From: an uncultured Sphingomonadaceae bacterium
GTDB lineage: Bacteria; Pseudomonadota; Alphaproteobacteria; Sphingomonadales; Sphingomonadaceae
Reading direction: 5' to 3'
DNA length: 47,556 bases
Assembly (NCBI GenBank): GCA_964250105.1
Contig: CAXUEV010000001.1
Location: 1-47,556, forward strand
The notes under the pieces were generated by a model. It was given only the letters and a program-made list of their open reading frames with translations. It ran no database searches and had not been told where the DNA came from. The number at the start of each line of letters is the position of its first letter. Positions within the stretch are counted from its first letter, which is position 1. Made by a program: the position numbers and the translations under genes. Shown here in pieces: positions 1 through 10,223 of the stretch.

Positions 1-2
1 CG

Positions 3-689
3 CATGCGCGCGAGCTCGGCATGCGCCGCGTGCTGGTGCCGCAGGCGGCGCCGGCGATGTCGGCGCTCGGCCTGCTCACCGCCGACCATCTGCTCGACGA
101 ATCGCGCACCCTGTTGTCCGACTGGCGGGCGGTCGATCTCGACCGGCTGAGCGCGCTCGCCGCCGAGCTCGAGGCGGACGCCGCCGGTCAGCTTAACGCC
201 GCGGGGATTGCCCCGGCGCGGCAGAAGTTCGAGTGGCTGCTCAACCTCGTCTATCCGGGCCAGACCTTCGACACGGCGATGCCGATCGCGAAAAGCCCGC
301 GCGAGCCGCTGACGCGCGAGGCGGTCGCCGCCACGATCGAGGCGTTCCACCTCCGCAACGAGTCCTCGCGGCTGGTCGAGGCCCGCTCGCAGGAGCCGGT
401 GATCCGCGGCATCCGGCTGGTCGCCAGCGGCCTCGTCGACCAGCCGAGCCAGAACCATGCGCAGGCCGCCGGGGGCGGGCTGACTCCGATTGGCCGGCGG
501 CGGATCTACGCGGGCGCTGCCTGGCATGACGACGCCCCGATCTACGCCGGCGAGGCGCTCGGGGCGGGCGACGCGGTCACCGGGCCGGCGCTGATCCAGA
601 GCCGCTTCACGACGCTGGTGCTCGGCGGCGGCGACGTCGCCCGGCTGTTGCCCAACGGCGACATTCTCGTCGAGGTCGCGCCGCGGTGA
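3..689 (+). CDS. Hydantoinase/oxoprolinase (HyuA / acetone-carboxylase-like) subunit, C-terminal part; runs off the left edge
   Basis: Frame open from base 3 (HARELGMRRVLVP...MSALGLLTAD). The C-terminal YPGQ and GPALIQ...TTLV motifs are typical of hydantoinase A. Confidence 0.8.
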   Translation, partial: HARELGMRRVLVPQAAPAMSALGLLTADHLLDESRTLLSDWRAVDLDRLSALAAELEADAAGQLNAAGIAPARQKFEWLLNLVYPGQTFDTAMPIAKSPREPLTREAVAATIEAFHLRNESSRLVEARSQEPVIRGIRLVASGLVDQPSQNHAQAAGGGLTPIGRRRIYAGAAWHDDAPIYAGEALGAGDAVTGPALIQSRFTTLVLGGGDVARLLPNGDILVEVAPR

Positions 690-714
690 CCGACCTGGCG
701 AGCGGGCGCATCGC

Positions 715-1188
715 ATGAGGACGACGGCGCTGGTCCATATCGGCCTGTGCGTGACCGATATCGCGCGGTCGCGCCTGTTCTATACCGAGGCGTTCGGCTT
801 CACCTACGACCGCGAAATCAAGCTGCCGTCGGCGGTCATCGACCCGCTGCTGCAGCTCGAGCCCAAGGCCGACATCCATGCCGTCTATCTGATGCTGGGC
901 GGCTTCACGCTCGAGCTGATGCAGTTCGATCCGCCGGGGACGCTGACCGCCGCCGGACGCAGGTTCAACCAGACCGGCCTCGCCCATCTGTCGCTCGCGG
1001 TCGCCGACCCCGTGGCGGTCGCGACCCGGTGCGAGGAACTCGGCGGGTCGATCGTCAGCCAGGTCGGCCGCGCCGTCGTGCTGCGCGATCCCGACGGCCA
1101 GCTGGTCGAGCTCGTCCAGTTCGCCTATCACGACGGAGTCGAGGCCGAGCGGGCGATGCGGGCCGCGGCGCCCGACGTCACCGCATGA
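715..1188 (+). CDS. VOC/glyoxalase-family protein
   Basis: HIGLCVTD...SRLFY, LELMQF, GLAHLSL, RDPDGQLVEL metal-binding pattern. Confidence 0.85.
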   Translation: MRTTALVHIGLCVTDIARSRLFYTEAFGFTYDREIKLPSAVIDPLLQLEPKADIHAVYLMLGGFTLELMQFDPPGTLTAAGRRFNQTGLAHLSLAVADPVAVATRCEELGGSIVSQVGRAVVLRDPDGQLVELVQFAYHDGVEAERAMRAAAPDVTA

Positions 1189-2141
1189 CCACGCGCCATC
1201 TCGTCGATCCCGAACTGCTGCCGATGCTCGACCTGCTGCCGTCGATGGCCGTATCGTCGGACGTGCTCGCCGAGGTCCGCGCCCGCACCGACGCCATGAG
1301 CCTCGCCTCGATGGGCGAGGCGACCGCGGCCGTGGCGGTGACCGAGCATTTCGCTTCCGGCATCGACGGCGCGCCCGACGTCCGCCTCCTCGTCTACCGC
1401 CCGGCCGACCTGCCGCCGCAGGCTCCGGCGCTGCTGCGCATCCACGGCGGCGGCTATGTCTTCGGCACCGCCGAGATGGGCGACGCGCGCAGCCGCGAAT
1501 GGGCGCTGGACCTCGGCTGCGTGATCGTCTCGGTCGAATATCGGCTGGCGCCCGACACCGCCTTCCCGGGGCCGCTCGACGATTGCCATGCGGCGCTCGT
1601 CTGGCTCCACGACCAGGCCGATGTGCTGGGGGTGGACCGCGCGCGTATCGCGGTGCGCGGCGAAAGTGCCGGGGGTGGTCTCGCGGCCGCGCTGGCGCTG
1701 TACGTGCGCGACCGCGGCGGACCGGCGATCCTCCACCAGAACCTGATCTACCCGATGATCGACGACCGCACGGGATCGACCACGGTCCGCAATCCGACAT
1801 CGGGCGAGTTCGTGTGGACCGCGGCGGACAACGCCTTCGGCTGGACCAGCCTGCTCGGCACCGTCCCTGGCGGCGGCGATGTCCACCCCCACGCCGCCGC
1901 GGCGCGCGCAAGCGATTTCAGTGGGTTGCCGCCGACATTCATCGGCACCGCCGCGCTCGACATCTTCGTCGACGAGAATCTCGACTATGCGCGGCGGCTA
2001 ATGCACGCCGGCGTGCCGACCGAGCTCTATGTCGCGCCGGGCGCGTTCCACGGCTTCGACGCGATCGTGCCGGGGGCGGCGGTGTCGCGGGCCTTCACCG
2101 GCCGGGCACTCGACGCGTTGCGCCGGGCTTTTGCGGCCTGA
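1185..2141 (+). CDS. Alpha/beta hydrolase, hormone-sensitive-lipase family esterase
   Basis: HGGGY oxyanion loop, GESAGG nucleophile, D (ALDIF) and HGF. ATG at 1185 overlaps the upstream stop (ATGA); the longer track start at 747 is not used. Confidence 0.9.
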   Translation: MTTRHLVDPELLPMLDLLPSMAVSSDVLAEVRARTDAMSLASMGEATAAVAVTEHFASGIDGAPDVRLLVYRPADLPPQAPALLRIHGGGYVFGTAEMGDARSREWALDLGCVIVSVEYRLAPDTAFPGPLDDCHAALVWLHDQADVLGVDRARIAVRGESAGGGLAAALALYVRDRGGPAILHQNLIYPMIDDRTGSTTVRNPTSGEFVWTAADNAFGWTSLLGTVPGGGDVHPHAAAARASDFSGLPPTFIGTAALDIFVDENLDYARRLMHAGVPTELYVAPGAFHGFDAIVPGAAVSRAFTGRALDALRRAFAA

Positions 2142-2145
2142 CCGC

Positions 2146-3135
2146 ATGGCCCAGGTGTGGCATCTTCGCGAGCGGCCCGGTGCGAAGCTCGACGCGTCGA
2201 TCTTCAGTCTCGACGTCGAACCCGATGCGCCGCTCGCCGACGGCGAGGTCCGCGTCGCCAACAGCTGGCTGTCGGTCGATCCCTATATGCGCGGGATGCT
2301 CGACGGCGCCGGCGGCTATCTGCCGGCGCTGCCGCTCGGCAGCGCCATGCACGGCGGCGCCGTCGGCGAGGTGGTCGAGAGCCGCTCGGCCGCCTGGGCC
2401 GTCGGCCGCAAGGTCAACCATCCGCTCGGCTGGCGCGACGTCTCGGTCGTGCCCGAGGCATTGTGCGAGGCGATTCCCGACAGTCCCGCGCCGATCCAGC
2501 GTTATCTCGGCCATCTCGGCATGCCGGGGAGCACCGGCTATTTCGGCCTGCTCGCCGCCGCGGCCGCGGTGCCGGGCGATGTCGTGTTCGTCTCGGCAGC
2601 CGCCGGCGCCGTCGGCTCGGCGGTCGTCCAGATTGCGCGGATCAAGGGCATGACGGTGATCGCGTCGGCGGCCGGGGCCGACAAGTGCGCCGCGCTGCGC
2701 GAATGGGGCGCCGACGCGACGATCGACCGGCTGGCGCCGGGGACGATGCGCGAGAAGCTCGCGGCGGCCGCGCCCGACGGCATCACCGTCTATTTCGACA
2801 ATGTCGGCGGCGACCATCTCGACGCGGCGATCGAAAGCGCCCGCCCCGCGGCCCGCATCGTGCTGTGCGGCATGGTCGGCGGCTATGGTGCCGGCGACCG
2901 GCTCGAGCTGCCCGCGCCGATGCGGCTGGTCATGAAGCGGCTGCGCATCCAGGGCTTCGCTGAGCCCGACTACGACGATCGCCACGCCGAGTTCCACGAC
3001 GACATGCTGCGCTGGACGCTGTCCGGCGAGCTGGTCAGTGCGGAAACGGTGCACGACGGGCTCGAAGCGACGCCCGCCGCCTTCCTGGGCCTGTTCGACG
3101 GCGGCAACCTCGGAAAGATGCTGGTCAGGCTGTGA
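2146..3135 (+). CDS. NADP-dependent oxidoreductase (MDR, prostaglandin-reductase/CurA-like enone reductase)
   Basis: LSVDPYMRG, LGMPG, SAAAGAVGS, YFDNVGG and GNLGKMLV motifs. Confidence 0.9.
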   Translation: MAQVWHLRERPGAKLDASIFSLDVEPDAPLADGEVRVANSWLSVDPYMRGMLDGAGGYLPALPLGSAMHGGAVGEVVESRSAAWAVGRKVNHPLGWRDVSVVPEALCEAIPDSPAPIQRYLGHLGMPGSTGYFGLLAAAAAVPGDVVFVSAAAGAVGSAVVQIARIKGMTVIASAAGADKCAALREWGADATIDRLAPGTMREKLAAAAPDGITVYFDNVGGDHLDAAIESARPAARIVLCGMVGGYGAGDRLELPAPMRLVMKRLRIQGFAEPDYDDRHAEFHDDMLRWTLSGELVSAETVHDGLEATPAAFLGLFDGGNLGKMLVRL

Positions 3136-3169
3136 TCGTCGTCATCGCCGTTCAGACGGAAAGCCAAGC

Positions 3170-4666
3170 ATGACCCTCGAGGAACAGTCCGCCGCCGCCC
3201 TGGCGCGCGATCCGTCGCTGAACGCGCTCGCGTTCGCCGACCATTGGTACAGCTGGGGCGATCTGCGGGCGATCGCCGACGAGATCAACCGGCTGCTCGA
3301 CGCGGCCGGCGTGGGCGAACGCGATCCCGTCGGCTTCGTCCCGCGCAACCGCCCCTCGGCCGCGGCCGCCCTGCTCGGCATGATCGCGCGCGGCCGCACC
3401 ATCCGCATGATCTACGCCTTTCAGTCGCCGACCGGGATCGCCCGCGATGTCGGCCGGCTCAAACTGGCGGCGGTGGTCGCCGCCGCCGAGGACCTCGGCG
3501 ACGACGTGCTGGCCGTGCTGCGCGACCAGGGGATCGCCGGCATCGCGCTCGACGATCGTACCGGCGCCAGCGCCGTGGCCGGGGCGGAGCGATCGACCGC
3601 GCCGCGCGATGCCGCCGCGCCGCCCGAGCCCCAGCTGCAGATCCTCACGAGCGGGACGACCGGGCCGCCGAAGCATGTCGCAATCGGTTACGAGATGATC
3701 GCGAAGCATATCGTCGGCTTCAACGTCACCTACGCCAATCCCGATCAGGATTTTTCTGCCCTTCCCCCGGCGCTGCTCTTCTTTCCGTTCGGCAACATCT
3801 CGGGCGTCTACAGCCTGCTGCCGCCGTTGCTGAAAGGACATCCGTCGATCCTGCTCGACCGGTTCAACATCCCCGAGTGGCACGACTATGTGCGGCGCTA
3901 CCGTCCGCAGCGCGCGACCCTGCCTCCGGCGGGCGTCCGCATGGTGCTCGACGCCGACCTTCCCCGCGAAGACCTCGCCAGCCTGGCCGCGGTCGGCACC
4001 GGGGCCGCGCCGCTCGACCCGACCGTGCAAAGGGATTTCGAGGACAAATACGGCATCCCGATCCTGTTGTCGTACGGCGCCACCGAGTTCGGCGGCCCGG
4101 TGGCGGCGATGACGCTCGAGCTGATCCCTGAATGGGGACGGAAGAAGTTCGGCACGGTCGGACGCCCGTTTGCCGGCGCGACGCTGCGCGTCATCGATGT
4201 CGCGACCGGCGACGAACTGCCGGCCGGCGAGGAAGGGCTGCTCGAGGTCATCGCGCCGCGCATCGGGCCGGACTGGATCAGGACCACCGACATCGCGGTG
4301 ATCGACGAGGACGGCTTCCTGTTCCACCGCGGGCGCAGCGACGGGGCGATCGTGCGCGGCGGCTTCAAGCTGCTGCCCGAGGTGATCGAGCGCGCGCTCG
4401 TCCGCCATCCGGCGATCGCCGCCGCCAGCGTGGTCGGGCTGCGCGACGAGCGGCTCGGCCATGTGCCGGTCGCCGCCCTCCAGCTGGTGACGGGCGCCGC
4501 CGCGCCGTCGCGCGAGGAGCTCGACACGCACCTGCGCGAGCATGTCTACGCGACCCACATCCCGACGCAGTATCGCGTGCTCGACGCGCTGCCGCGCACC
4601 CCGTCGTTCAAGATCGACCTGCCGGCGGTGAAGGCGATCTTCGCCGAGACGGCGCCAGTCGCCTGA
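3170..4666 (+). CDS. AMP-dependent acyl-CoA synthetase/ligase (ANL superfamily)
   Basis: TSGTTGPPK P-loop, YGATE, RTTD, GRSD and LPRTPSFK. Confidence 0.88.
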   Translation: MTLEEQSAAALARDPSLNALAFADHWYSWGDLRAIADEINRLLDAAGVGERDPVGFVPRNRPSAAAALLGMIARGRTIRMIYAFQSPTGIARDVGRLKLAAVVAAAEDLGDDVLAVLRDQGIAGIALDDRTGASAVAGAERSTAPRDAAAPPEPQLQILTSGTTGPPKHVAIGYEMIAKHIVGFNVTYANPDQDFSALPPALLFFPFGNISGVYSLLPPLLKGHPSILLDRFNIPEWHDYVRRYRPQRATLPPAGVRMVLDADLPREDLASLAAVGTGAAPLDPTVQRDFEDKYGIPILLSYGATEFGGPVAAMTLELIPEWGRKKFGTVGRPFAGATLRVIDVATGDELPAGEEGLLEVIAPRIGPDWIRTTDIAVIDEDGFLFHRGRSDGAIVRGGFKLLPEVIERALVRHPAIAAASVVGLRDERLGHVPVAALQLVTGAAAPSREELDTHLREHVYATHIPTQYRVLDALPRTPSFKIDLPAVKAIFAETAPVA

Positions 4667-4669
4667 TCC

Positions 4670-6325
4670 CTATGCTAGCTGCGCCGCGACCAACGCCCGC
4701 AGCTCGTTGTCCTTGACCTTGCCGGTCGACGTCAGCGGATAATCGTCGATGGCGAAGAACAGGACGCGGCGCGGCACCTTGTAGGCGGCAAGCTTCGCGC
4801 GCATCGCCGCGCGCACCTCGTCCTCGGTCGTGTCGCGCCCCTCCTCCTTGACAGCGCACAGCACGACCATCTCGCCCAGCCGCCGGTCGGGCATGCCGAT
4901 CACGCGGCAGAGCTTGAGCGTCCCGAGCGCCGCCGCCGCCGCCTCGACCTCGCCCGAGGCGACGTTGGCGCCGCCGGTCTTGACCATGTTCTTGATCCGG
5001 CCGGTCCAGTGGAGATAGCCCTGGCCGTCGATGAAGCCGGTGTCGCCCGCGTGGAAAAAGCCCTCGTCGTCGAAGCTGTCCTCGCGGCGCATGCCGACAT
5101 AATGCGGCATCAGCGTCGGTCCGCGGACGCAGATCTCGCCCTCCTGCCCGTCGTCGAGCACCGCGCCGGTGTCGAAGTCGGCGATGCGCAGCTCGATGCC
5201 AGGCAGCGGCCGTCCCGCGCTCTGCCGCTGGACCGCGGTCGGCGTCGTCGACAAATGGCTGACGACCGAGGTGCAGCTCTCGCTCATGCCATAGGCGATG
5301 ATGTGGTTCCACGCCGGGTCGGGCCGCGTGTTCGGATGACCGTCGAACTCGTTGTTGCCGATGACGCGGGTCAGCGAGGAGAGGTCGGCGGTCGGCCAGT
5401 CGGGGTGATCGGCGAGCGCGGCGGTGTGCGTCGGGAAGCCGTAATATTCGTCGATCCGCTCGCGCGCGATCAGCCGCAGCGCGGCGCCGGGCTCGAACAC
5501 CTCGTCGCCGACATAGGTGCCGCCGACGGCGAGCGTCGATCCGAGCACCGAGACGATGCCCGCCGACCAGAACAGCGGAAACGGCGAGGCGATGCGCGAC
5601 GCGGCCGTCCGCCCGTAGATCTGCGACTGCCAGCGGAACTGCTTCACCACGGTCGAGTGGAGGTGGATCACCCCCTTGGGCACGCTGGTCGTGCCCGATG
5701 TGTAGATGATCACGCCGACGTCGTTGCCATTGACCCGCGCCGCGCGGGCGTCGACGGTCGCATCCGGCACCGCGGCGCCGGCGGCGATGAACGCCTCCCA
5801 GGGCTGGAAGCCCCCCTCCCCCTCCCCGCCGAGCACGACGACGCGGCGCAGATACGAAAAGCGCCGGACCGCGACGACGCCGTCGCGTGCCTCGGGCAGC
5901 AGCGCCGTCAGGTCGTCGGTGATCCGGTGCCGGGCGATCCCGCGCTGCGTCAGCAGCATGTCGATGTCCGACAGCTCGAGCAAAGTCGCCAGCTCGTCGC
6001 GTGTCGAGAAGGTCGACAGCGTCACCGCCACGCCGCCCGCGAGCGCGACGCCGAACAGCGCGGCGACGAACTCGGGACGATTGCCGAGCAGGATGCCGAC
6101 GCGCGTGCCCTTGCCGACGCCGGCCGCGATCAGCGCCTTGGCGACGTCGCGCGAATGGCGGCGCAGGTCGGCATAGCGCCAGCTCACCCGCGCGCCCGCG
6201 CGCAGCGGATCGTCGAAGGCGATCGCCTCGCGCGGGCCGAAGCGTTCCGCCACCTCGTCGAGGAAGCCGCCGAGGGTCGCCGCCGCCGCCGGGTCGATCG
6301 GGGGAAGATCGATCGGCTGTGTCAT
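4670..6325 (-). CDS. AMP-dependent acyl-CoA synthetase/ligase
   Basis: YTSGTTSVPKG, YGMSE, FHAGD, GRIKNMVK and PLTSTGK. Start taken at MTQPID (6325). Confidence 0.9.
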   Translation of the reverse strand: MTQPIDLPPIDPAAAATLGGFLDEVAERFGPREAIAFDDPLRAGARVSWRYADLRRHSRDVAKALIAAGVGKGTRVGILLGNRPEFVAALFGVALAGGVAVTLSTFSTRDELATLLELSDIDMLLTQRGIARHRITDDLTALLPEARDGVVAVRRFSYLRRVVVLGGEGEGGFQPWEAFIAAGAAVPDATVDARAARVNGNDVGVIIYTSGTTSVPKGVIHLHSTVVKQFRWQSQIYGRTAASRIASPFPLFWSAGIVSVLGSTLAVGGTYVGDEVFEPGAALRLIARERIDEYYGFPTHTAALADHPDWPTADLSSLTRVIGNNEFDGHPNTRPDPAWNHIIAYGMSESCTSVVSHLSTTPTAVQRQSAGRPLPGIELRIADFDTGAVLDDGQEGEICVRGPTLMPHYVGMRREDSFDDEGFFHAGDTGFIDGQGYLHWTGRIKNMVKTGGANVASGEVEAAAAALGTLKLCRVIGMPDRRLGEMVVLCAVKEEGRDTTEDEVRAAMRAKLAAYKVPRRVLFFAIDDYPLTSTGKVKDNELRALVAAQLA

Positions 6326-6508
6326 CGGTCGGCGGCTCCGCTGGTGCCCTGCGCCAGTCCTATGGACGCGGGCGACGGCACGTCTTGATAACGGGCGACA
6401 ATCGGCCGCGCCGCACCGACACCGCGCCGCCACGATATCGCCTCGCGCGATTTGACGTGTCGTCTACTCATGTCCAGCTTCCTGCTCTAGCGCGATGGCG
6501 AGGGACTA

Positions 6509-7264
6509 GTGACAAGCAAATTTGATGGCAAGGTGGCGTTCATCACCGGCGGCGGGCGTGGCTTCGGCGAGGCTTTCGGGCGGGCGCTGGCGGCGCGGGG
6601 AGCCCGCGTGGCGCAGGTCGACGTCGATCTCGCCGCCGCCGAGCAGGTCGCCGCTGCGATCCGGGCGGACGGCGGCGACGCGGTCGCGCTGGGCTGCGAC
6701 GTCGCCGACGACGACGCCGTCGCCGCCGCGGTGGCGCGGACGATCGAGACCTACGGCGGGATCGACATCCTGATCAACAACGCCGGCCTCCACTCGATGA
6801 CGTATAACCAGCCCTTGCTGACATTGGGTCTGGCCGAGATCCGGCGCATTTACGACGTCAACCTGATCGGCACGATCGCCTGCTCGCTCGCGTGCCACGC
6901 GTCGATGAAGGCGCGCGGCGGCGGCGTGATCCTGAACCTCGCGTCTTCGGCCTCCTACGCGTGCCAGACCGTCTATGGCGCGTCGAAACAGGCGATCCGG
7001 GGCATCACGCTGACGCTCGCCGCCGACTTCGGCGCCGACAACATCCGCGTCGTCGGCGTCGCGCCCGGCCTGACCGCGACCGACACGATCGTCGCCGAGC
7101 TGCCGCCCGAACTCTGGGAGCGGATCGGCGCGATGCAGGCGCTGCGGCGGCGCGGCGAGGTCGCCGACATTGTCGCGGCGATGCTTTACCTGTGCTCCGA
7201 CGACGCTTCGTTCGTCACCGGCACGACGCTACAGGTCGGCGGCGGCTACCCGCTCGTCGCATGA
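6509..7264 (+). CDS. Short-chain dehydrogenase/reductase
   Basis: TGGGRGFG, NNAG and YGASK motifs. Confidence 0.92.
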   Translation: MTSKFDGKVAFITGGGRGFGEAFGRALAARGARVAQVDVDLAAAEQVAAAIRADGGDAVALGCDVADDDAVAAAVARTIETYGGIDILINNAGLHSMTYNQPLLTLGLAEIRRIYDVNLIGTIACSLACHASMKARGGGVILNLASSASYACQTVYGASKQAIRGITLTLAADFGADNIRVVGVAPGLTATDTIVAELPPELWERIGAMQALRRRGEVADIVAAMLYLCSDDASFVTGTTLQVGGGYPLVA

Positions 7265-7283
7265 TATTGCAGAGGAAACGAAC

Positions 7284-7706
7284 ATGCAGCTGATCCCGCT
7301 ATGCACCGCACGCTTCGACGTCGACCCGCCGCTCCAGTTCGGCAAGACGCCGACCGGGCAGCGCTCGATGAGCGACATCCGCGGCGCGGTGTTCGAAGGC
7401 GAGCGGCTGCGCGGCGTCAAGGCCGGCACGAGCGCCGCCGACTGGCTGATCCTCGCCGGCGACATCGGCACGATCGACGTGCGCCTGGCGATCCGCACGC
7501 ACGACGATGCGCTGATCGGCCTGCGCTACTGGGGCAAGCTCGACGTGGCGGACCGGGCCAACCGCACGTCGCGCGTCGCCGCCACGTTCGACACGGGCGA
7601 CGAGCGCTATGCCTGGCTGGCGCGGATCCTGGCGGTCGGCGCGTCGCGGCTCGAACGCAACGGCGACAACTGGACCGTCCACTATGATTTCTACGAGCTG
7701 CGCTGA
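7284..7706 (+). CDS. DUF3237-family protein
   Basis: FEGERLRG...ADW...IDVR...RTHDDALI...FDTGDERYAWL pattern. GAGGA RBS before the ATG at 7284. Confidence 0.75.
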   Translation: MQLIPLCTARFDVDPPLQFGKTPTGQRSMSDIRGAVFEGERLRGVKAGTSAADWLILAGDIGTIDVRLAIRTHDDALIGLRYWGKLDVADRANRTSRVAATFDTGDERYAWLARILAVGASRLERNGDNWTVHYDFYELR

Positions 7707-7717
7707 ACGGCGCCCGC

Positions 7718-10114
7718 CTAGAACTTCACCCCGATACGGCCGCCGATGCTGCGCGGCTGGTTGTACATCTCGTACGTGCCGTAGGCAGCGGCCGACGAGA
7801 TGATCTTGTAGCGCTCGTTGGTCAGGTTCTCGGCGTAGACGGCGATCGTGTAGTGGTCGCTCGGGTCGGTCCACTGGATCTGGCCGCTGAGCATGATCCA
7901 GCCGTTCTCCTCGAGCCGGCCCGCCTGTCCTTTGCCGTCTTCCGGGGTCAGCGTGCCGGGCACGACGCAGCTGTTGAGGCCGTTGACGATGCCGAACGCG
8001 CGGCAGTTATACGACGCGTTCTGCGGCGCGTAGCGGCTCGAGAACGACACGGTCCCCGAGAGTTGCAGCTGGCCGCGGGCGACCTCGACCGTATAGTCGC
8101 CGCCGAAGCTTCCGCTCCAATCGGGCGCACGCACGATCCGCCGGCCGGTCCAGTCGCTGGTCGTCGTCACGTTGCTGGTGCCGGTGAGGTTCACCGACAG
8201 ATTGTTGGCGTTGCCGAAGTTCGTGTAGCGCGCGTGGAGATACGACAGACCGCCGCGCAGATTGAAGGCGTCGCTGACGCGCGCCGTCATCGAACCGTCC
8301 GCGCCGTAGATGCGCGACCCACCCGAGTTCTGGATGAAGGTCGACGTCTGCCCGATGATCGGCAGCAGCGAAGAAACCTGGTTGTCTTTGTAATCATAGT
8401 AGAAGGCGGCGGTATCGAAGTACAGCGGTCCACGCCGCATCTTGTAGCCGACTTCGTAGGCGGTGACGGTTTCCGGTCGCAGCGCGTTGATCGGAAAGGC
8501 CGAGTTGATCGTACCCGACTTGAAGCCGGTCGACACCGATGCATAGGCGTTCGTGTCGGAGTCGAATTCGTACCGGATCACCGCGTGGGGCGTGAAGCGG
8601 GTGTTACGCGTGCGCGTCGTGCCAAAGTTAGGGTTAGGTCCGGTGCCGAGCACGACGACAGGCTGGACGACGCCGTTGATCGTGATCGTGTCGGTGCGTG
8701 TCAGGCGTTTGCGGTCGTAATTATACCGGCCGCCGGCCGTCACATAGATATGACCGCCGATCTTGAGCGTACCGTCGAGATAGGCCGAGTAGGACGTAGT
8801 GTCGAAGGGCAGAACCGTTGCGTTGTTCGTCACGCCCGACGGGCCGATCGAGTTGACGAAGCTCTGCGGTGTCTTAAAGCGATCCCGATAGTAGAACGCG
8901 CCGGCCAGCAAGTTGAAACTGCCGGTCACCTCAACCGCATAGTCGACACCCTGGGTGAAGGTCCGTCGTGTGTTGAGCTGAACACCTTCAAAACTGTCGA
9001 ATGGCGTGCCGTCGAAATCGTAGATTTGGTGATCGCGTTTATCGAGATAGCCGGTATGCGTCGTGATCGAGCCCATGTCGCCAAGGTCGAACTCGCCGAG
9101 AAGCGTATATTCGTTGCCCTCCGTCACGCCGTCCGGGCGGACGTTGAGCGAAGTCCGGTCGCGCTGCGTCGCCTGCACGTTGCCGGGAGCAAGCACGGGT
9201 ATCGAAGCCGCGAACGGCGATTGGCCGATGATGCCATAAGCATAGCTTCGCGGATCGTTGATGAAGGCGTAATTGAAGCCAAAGGTCAGCGCAATTCCCG
9301 CACTCGGCGTAAGCTTCGCCTTCGCCCGCACCGAGCGCTGGCGGTAGTTGACGGTGTTGTCGCCGCTGCCGATGCCGTTATAGAAACCGGGATTGCGCAG
9401 CGTCACGTTCGGCGCGAAATTGTTGATGTCCTTGAAGTAACCGTCGTTCTGCCGGTAGTAGCCGGCGATGTTGACCGCCAGCAGGTCCTTGATCACCGGC
9501 ACCGACAGATAGGCCTGCGCGATCCGGTCGTCGTAGCGCGCGTAGCTGATCGACGCGTTGCCCTCGAGCGTCTGGCTCGGCGACTTGGTCGTGATCAGGA
9601 TCGCGCCGCCGGTGGCGTTGCGGCCGTACAGCACCGCCTGCGGACCCTTGAGCACCTGGATGTTGGCGAGGTTGGCGAAGTCCTGATTGATCGACAGCTG
9701 ATCCGACTGGTAGAATCCGTCGATATAGACGCCGACGTTGGTTTCCTGGCCATTGCCGGCGAACGTCGTGGTGACGCCGCGGATCGCCGGCTGCGTGTAC
9801 GAGCCCGAACGCGAGATCTGCACCCCGGGAACGAGATTGCCGAGGTCCTGGAACTTGCTGACGCCGCTCTTGATCAGCGTGTCGGGGGTGACGACGGTGA
9901 CTGCGGCGGGAACGCTGACCTGCCGCTCCTCGCGCCGCAACGCGGTCACGACGATATCGTCGCCGGCATCGGCCGGGGGCACCGCCTGGCCGGCGTCCGC
10001 TGGCGCCGCCGGGACGGTTTGCGCCAGCGCGACGCCGCAAGGCCAGGCTGCGCCCGACAGCGCTGCCGCCAACACGAACGCATGTCTTCCACGATTCACG
10101 ATCTTGCCCCCCAA
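7718..10114 (-). CDS. TonB-dependent receptor
   Basis: Signal peptide, DIVVTALRR TonB-box region, VLKGPQAVLYGRNATGGAI plug motif, C-terminal F. Confidence 0.93.
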   Translation of the reverse strand: MGGKIVNRGRHAFVLAAALSGAAWPCGVALAQTVPAAPADAGQAVPPADAGDDIVVTALRREERQVSVPAAVTVVTPDTLIKSGVSKFQDLGNLVPGVQISRSGSYTQPAIRGVTTTFAGNGQETNVGVYIDGFYQSDQLSINQDFANLANIQVLKGPQAVLYGRNATGGAILITTKSPSQTLEGNASISYARYDDRIAQAYLSVPVIKDLLAVNIAGYYRQNDGYFKDINNFAPNVTLRNPGFYNGIGSGDNTVNYRQRSVRAKAKLTPSAGIALTFGFNYAFINDPRSYAYGIIGQSPFAASIPVLAPGNVQATQRDRTSLNVRPDGVTEGNEYTLLGEFDLGDMGSITTHTGYLDKRDHQIYDFDGTPFDSFEGVQLNTRRTFTQGVDYAVEVTGSFNLLAGAFYYRDRFKTPQSFVNSIGPSGVTNNATVLPFDTTSYSAYLDGTLKIGGHIYVTAGGRYNYDRKRLTRTDTITINGVVQPVVVLGTGPNPNFGTTRTRNTRFTPHAVIRYEFDSDTNAYASVSTGFKSGTINSAFPINALRPETVTAYEVGYKMRRGPLYFDTAAFYYDYKDNQVSSLLPIIGQTSTFIQNSGGSRIYGADGSMTARVSDAFNLRGGLSYLHARYTNFGNANNLSVNLTGTSNVTTTSDWTGRRIVRAPDWSGSFGGDYTVEVARGQLQLSGTVSFSSRYAPQNASYNCRAFGIVNGLNSCVVPGTLTPEDGKGQAGRLEENGWIMLSGQIQWTDPSDHYTIAVYAENLTNERYKIISSAAAYGTYEMYNQPRSIGGRIGVKF

Positions 10115-10223
10115 TGTATCCGCCTTTTCCGACGGTTATGCGCAACCAGTTCGTTGCGTTGCATCCTGTATAATCGGGCTTGCCGGCGACGACCAGTCTA
10201 TTTTTGTCGGCCCGCCGTCCGGT

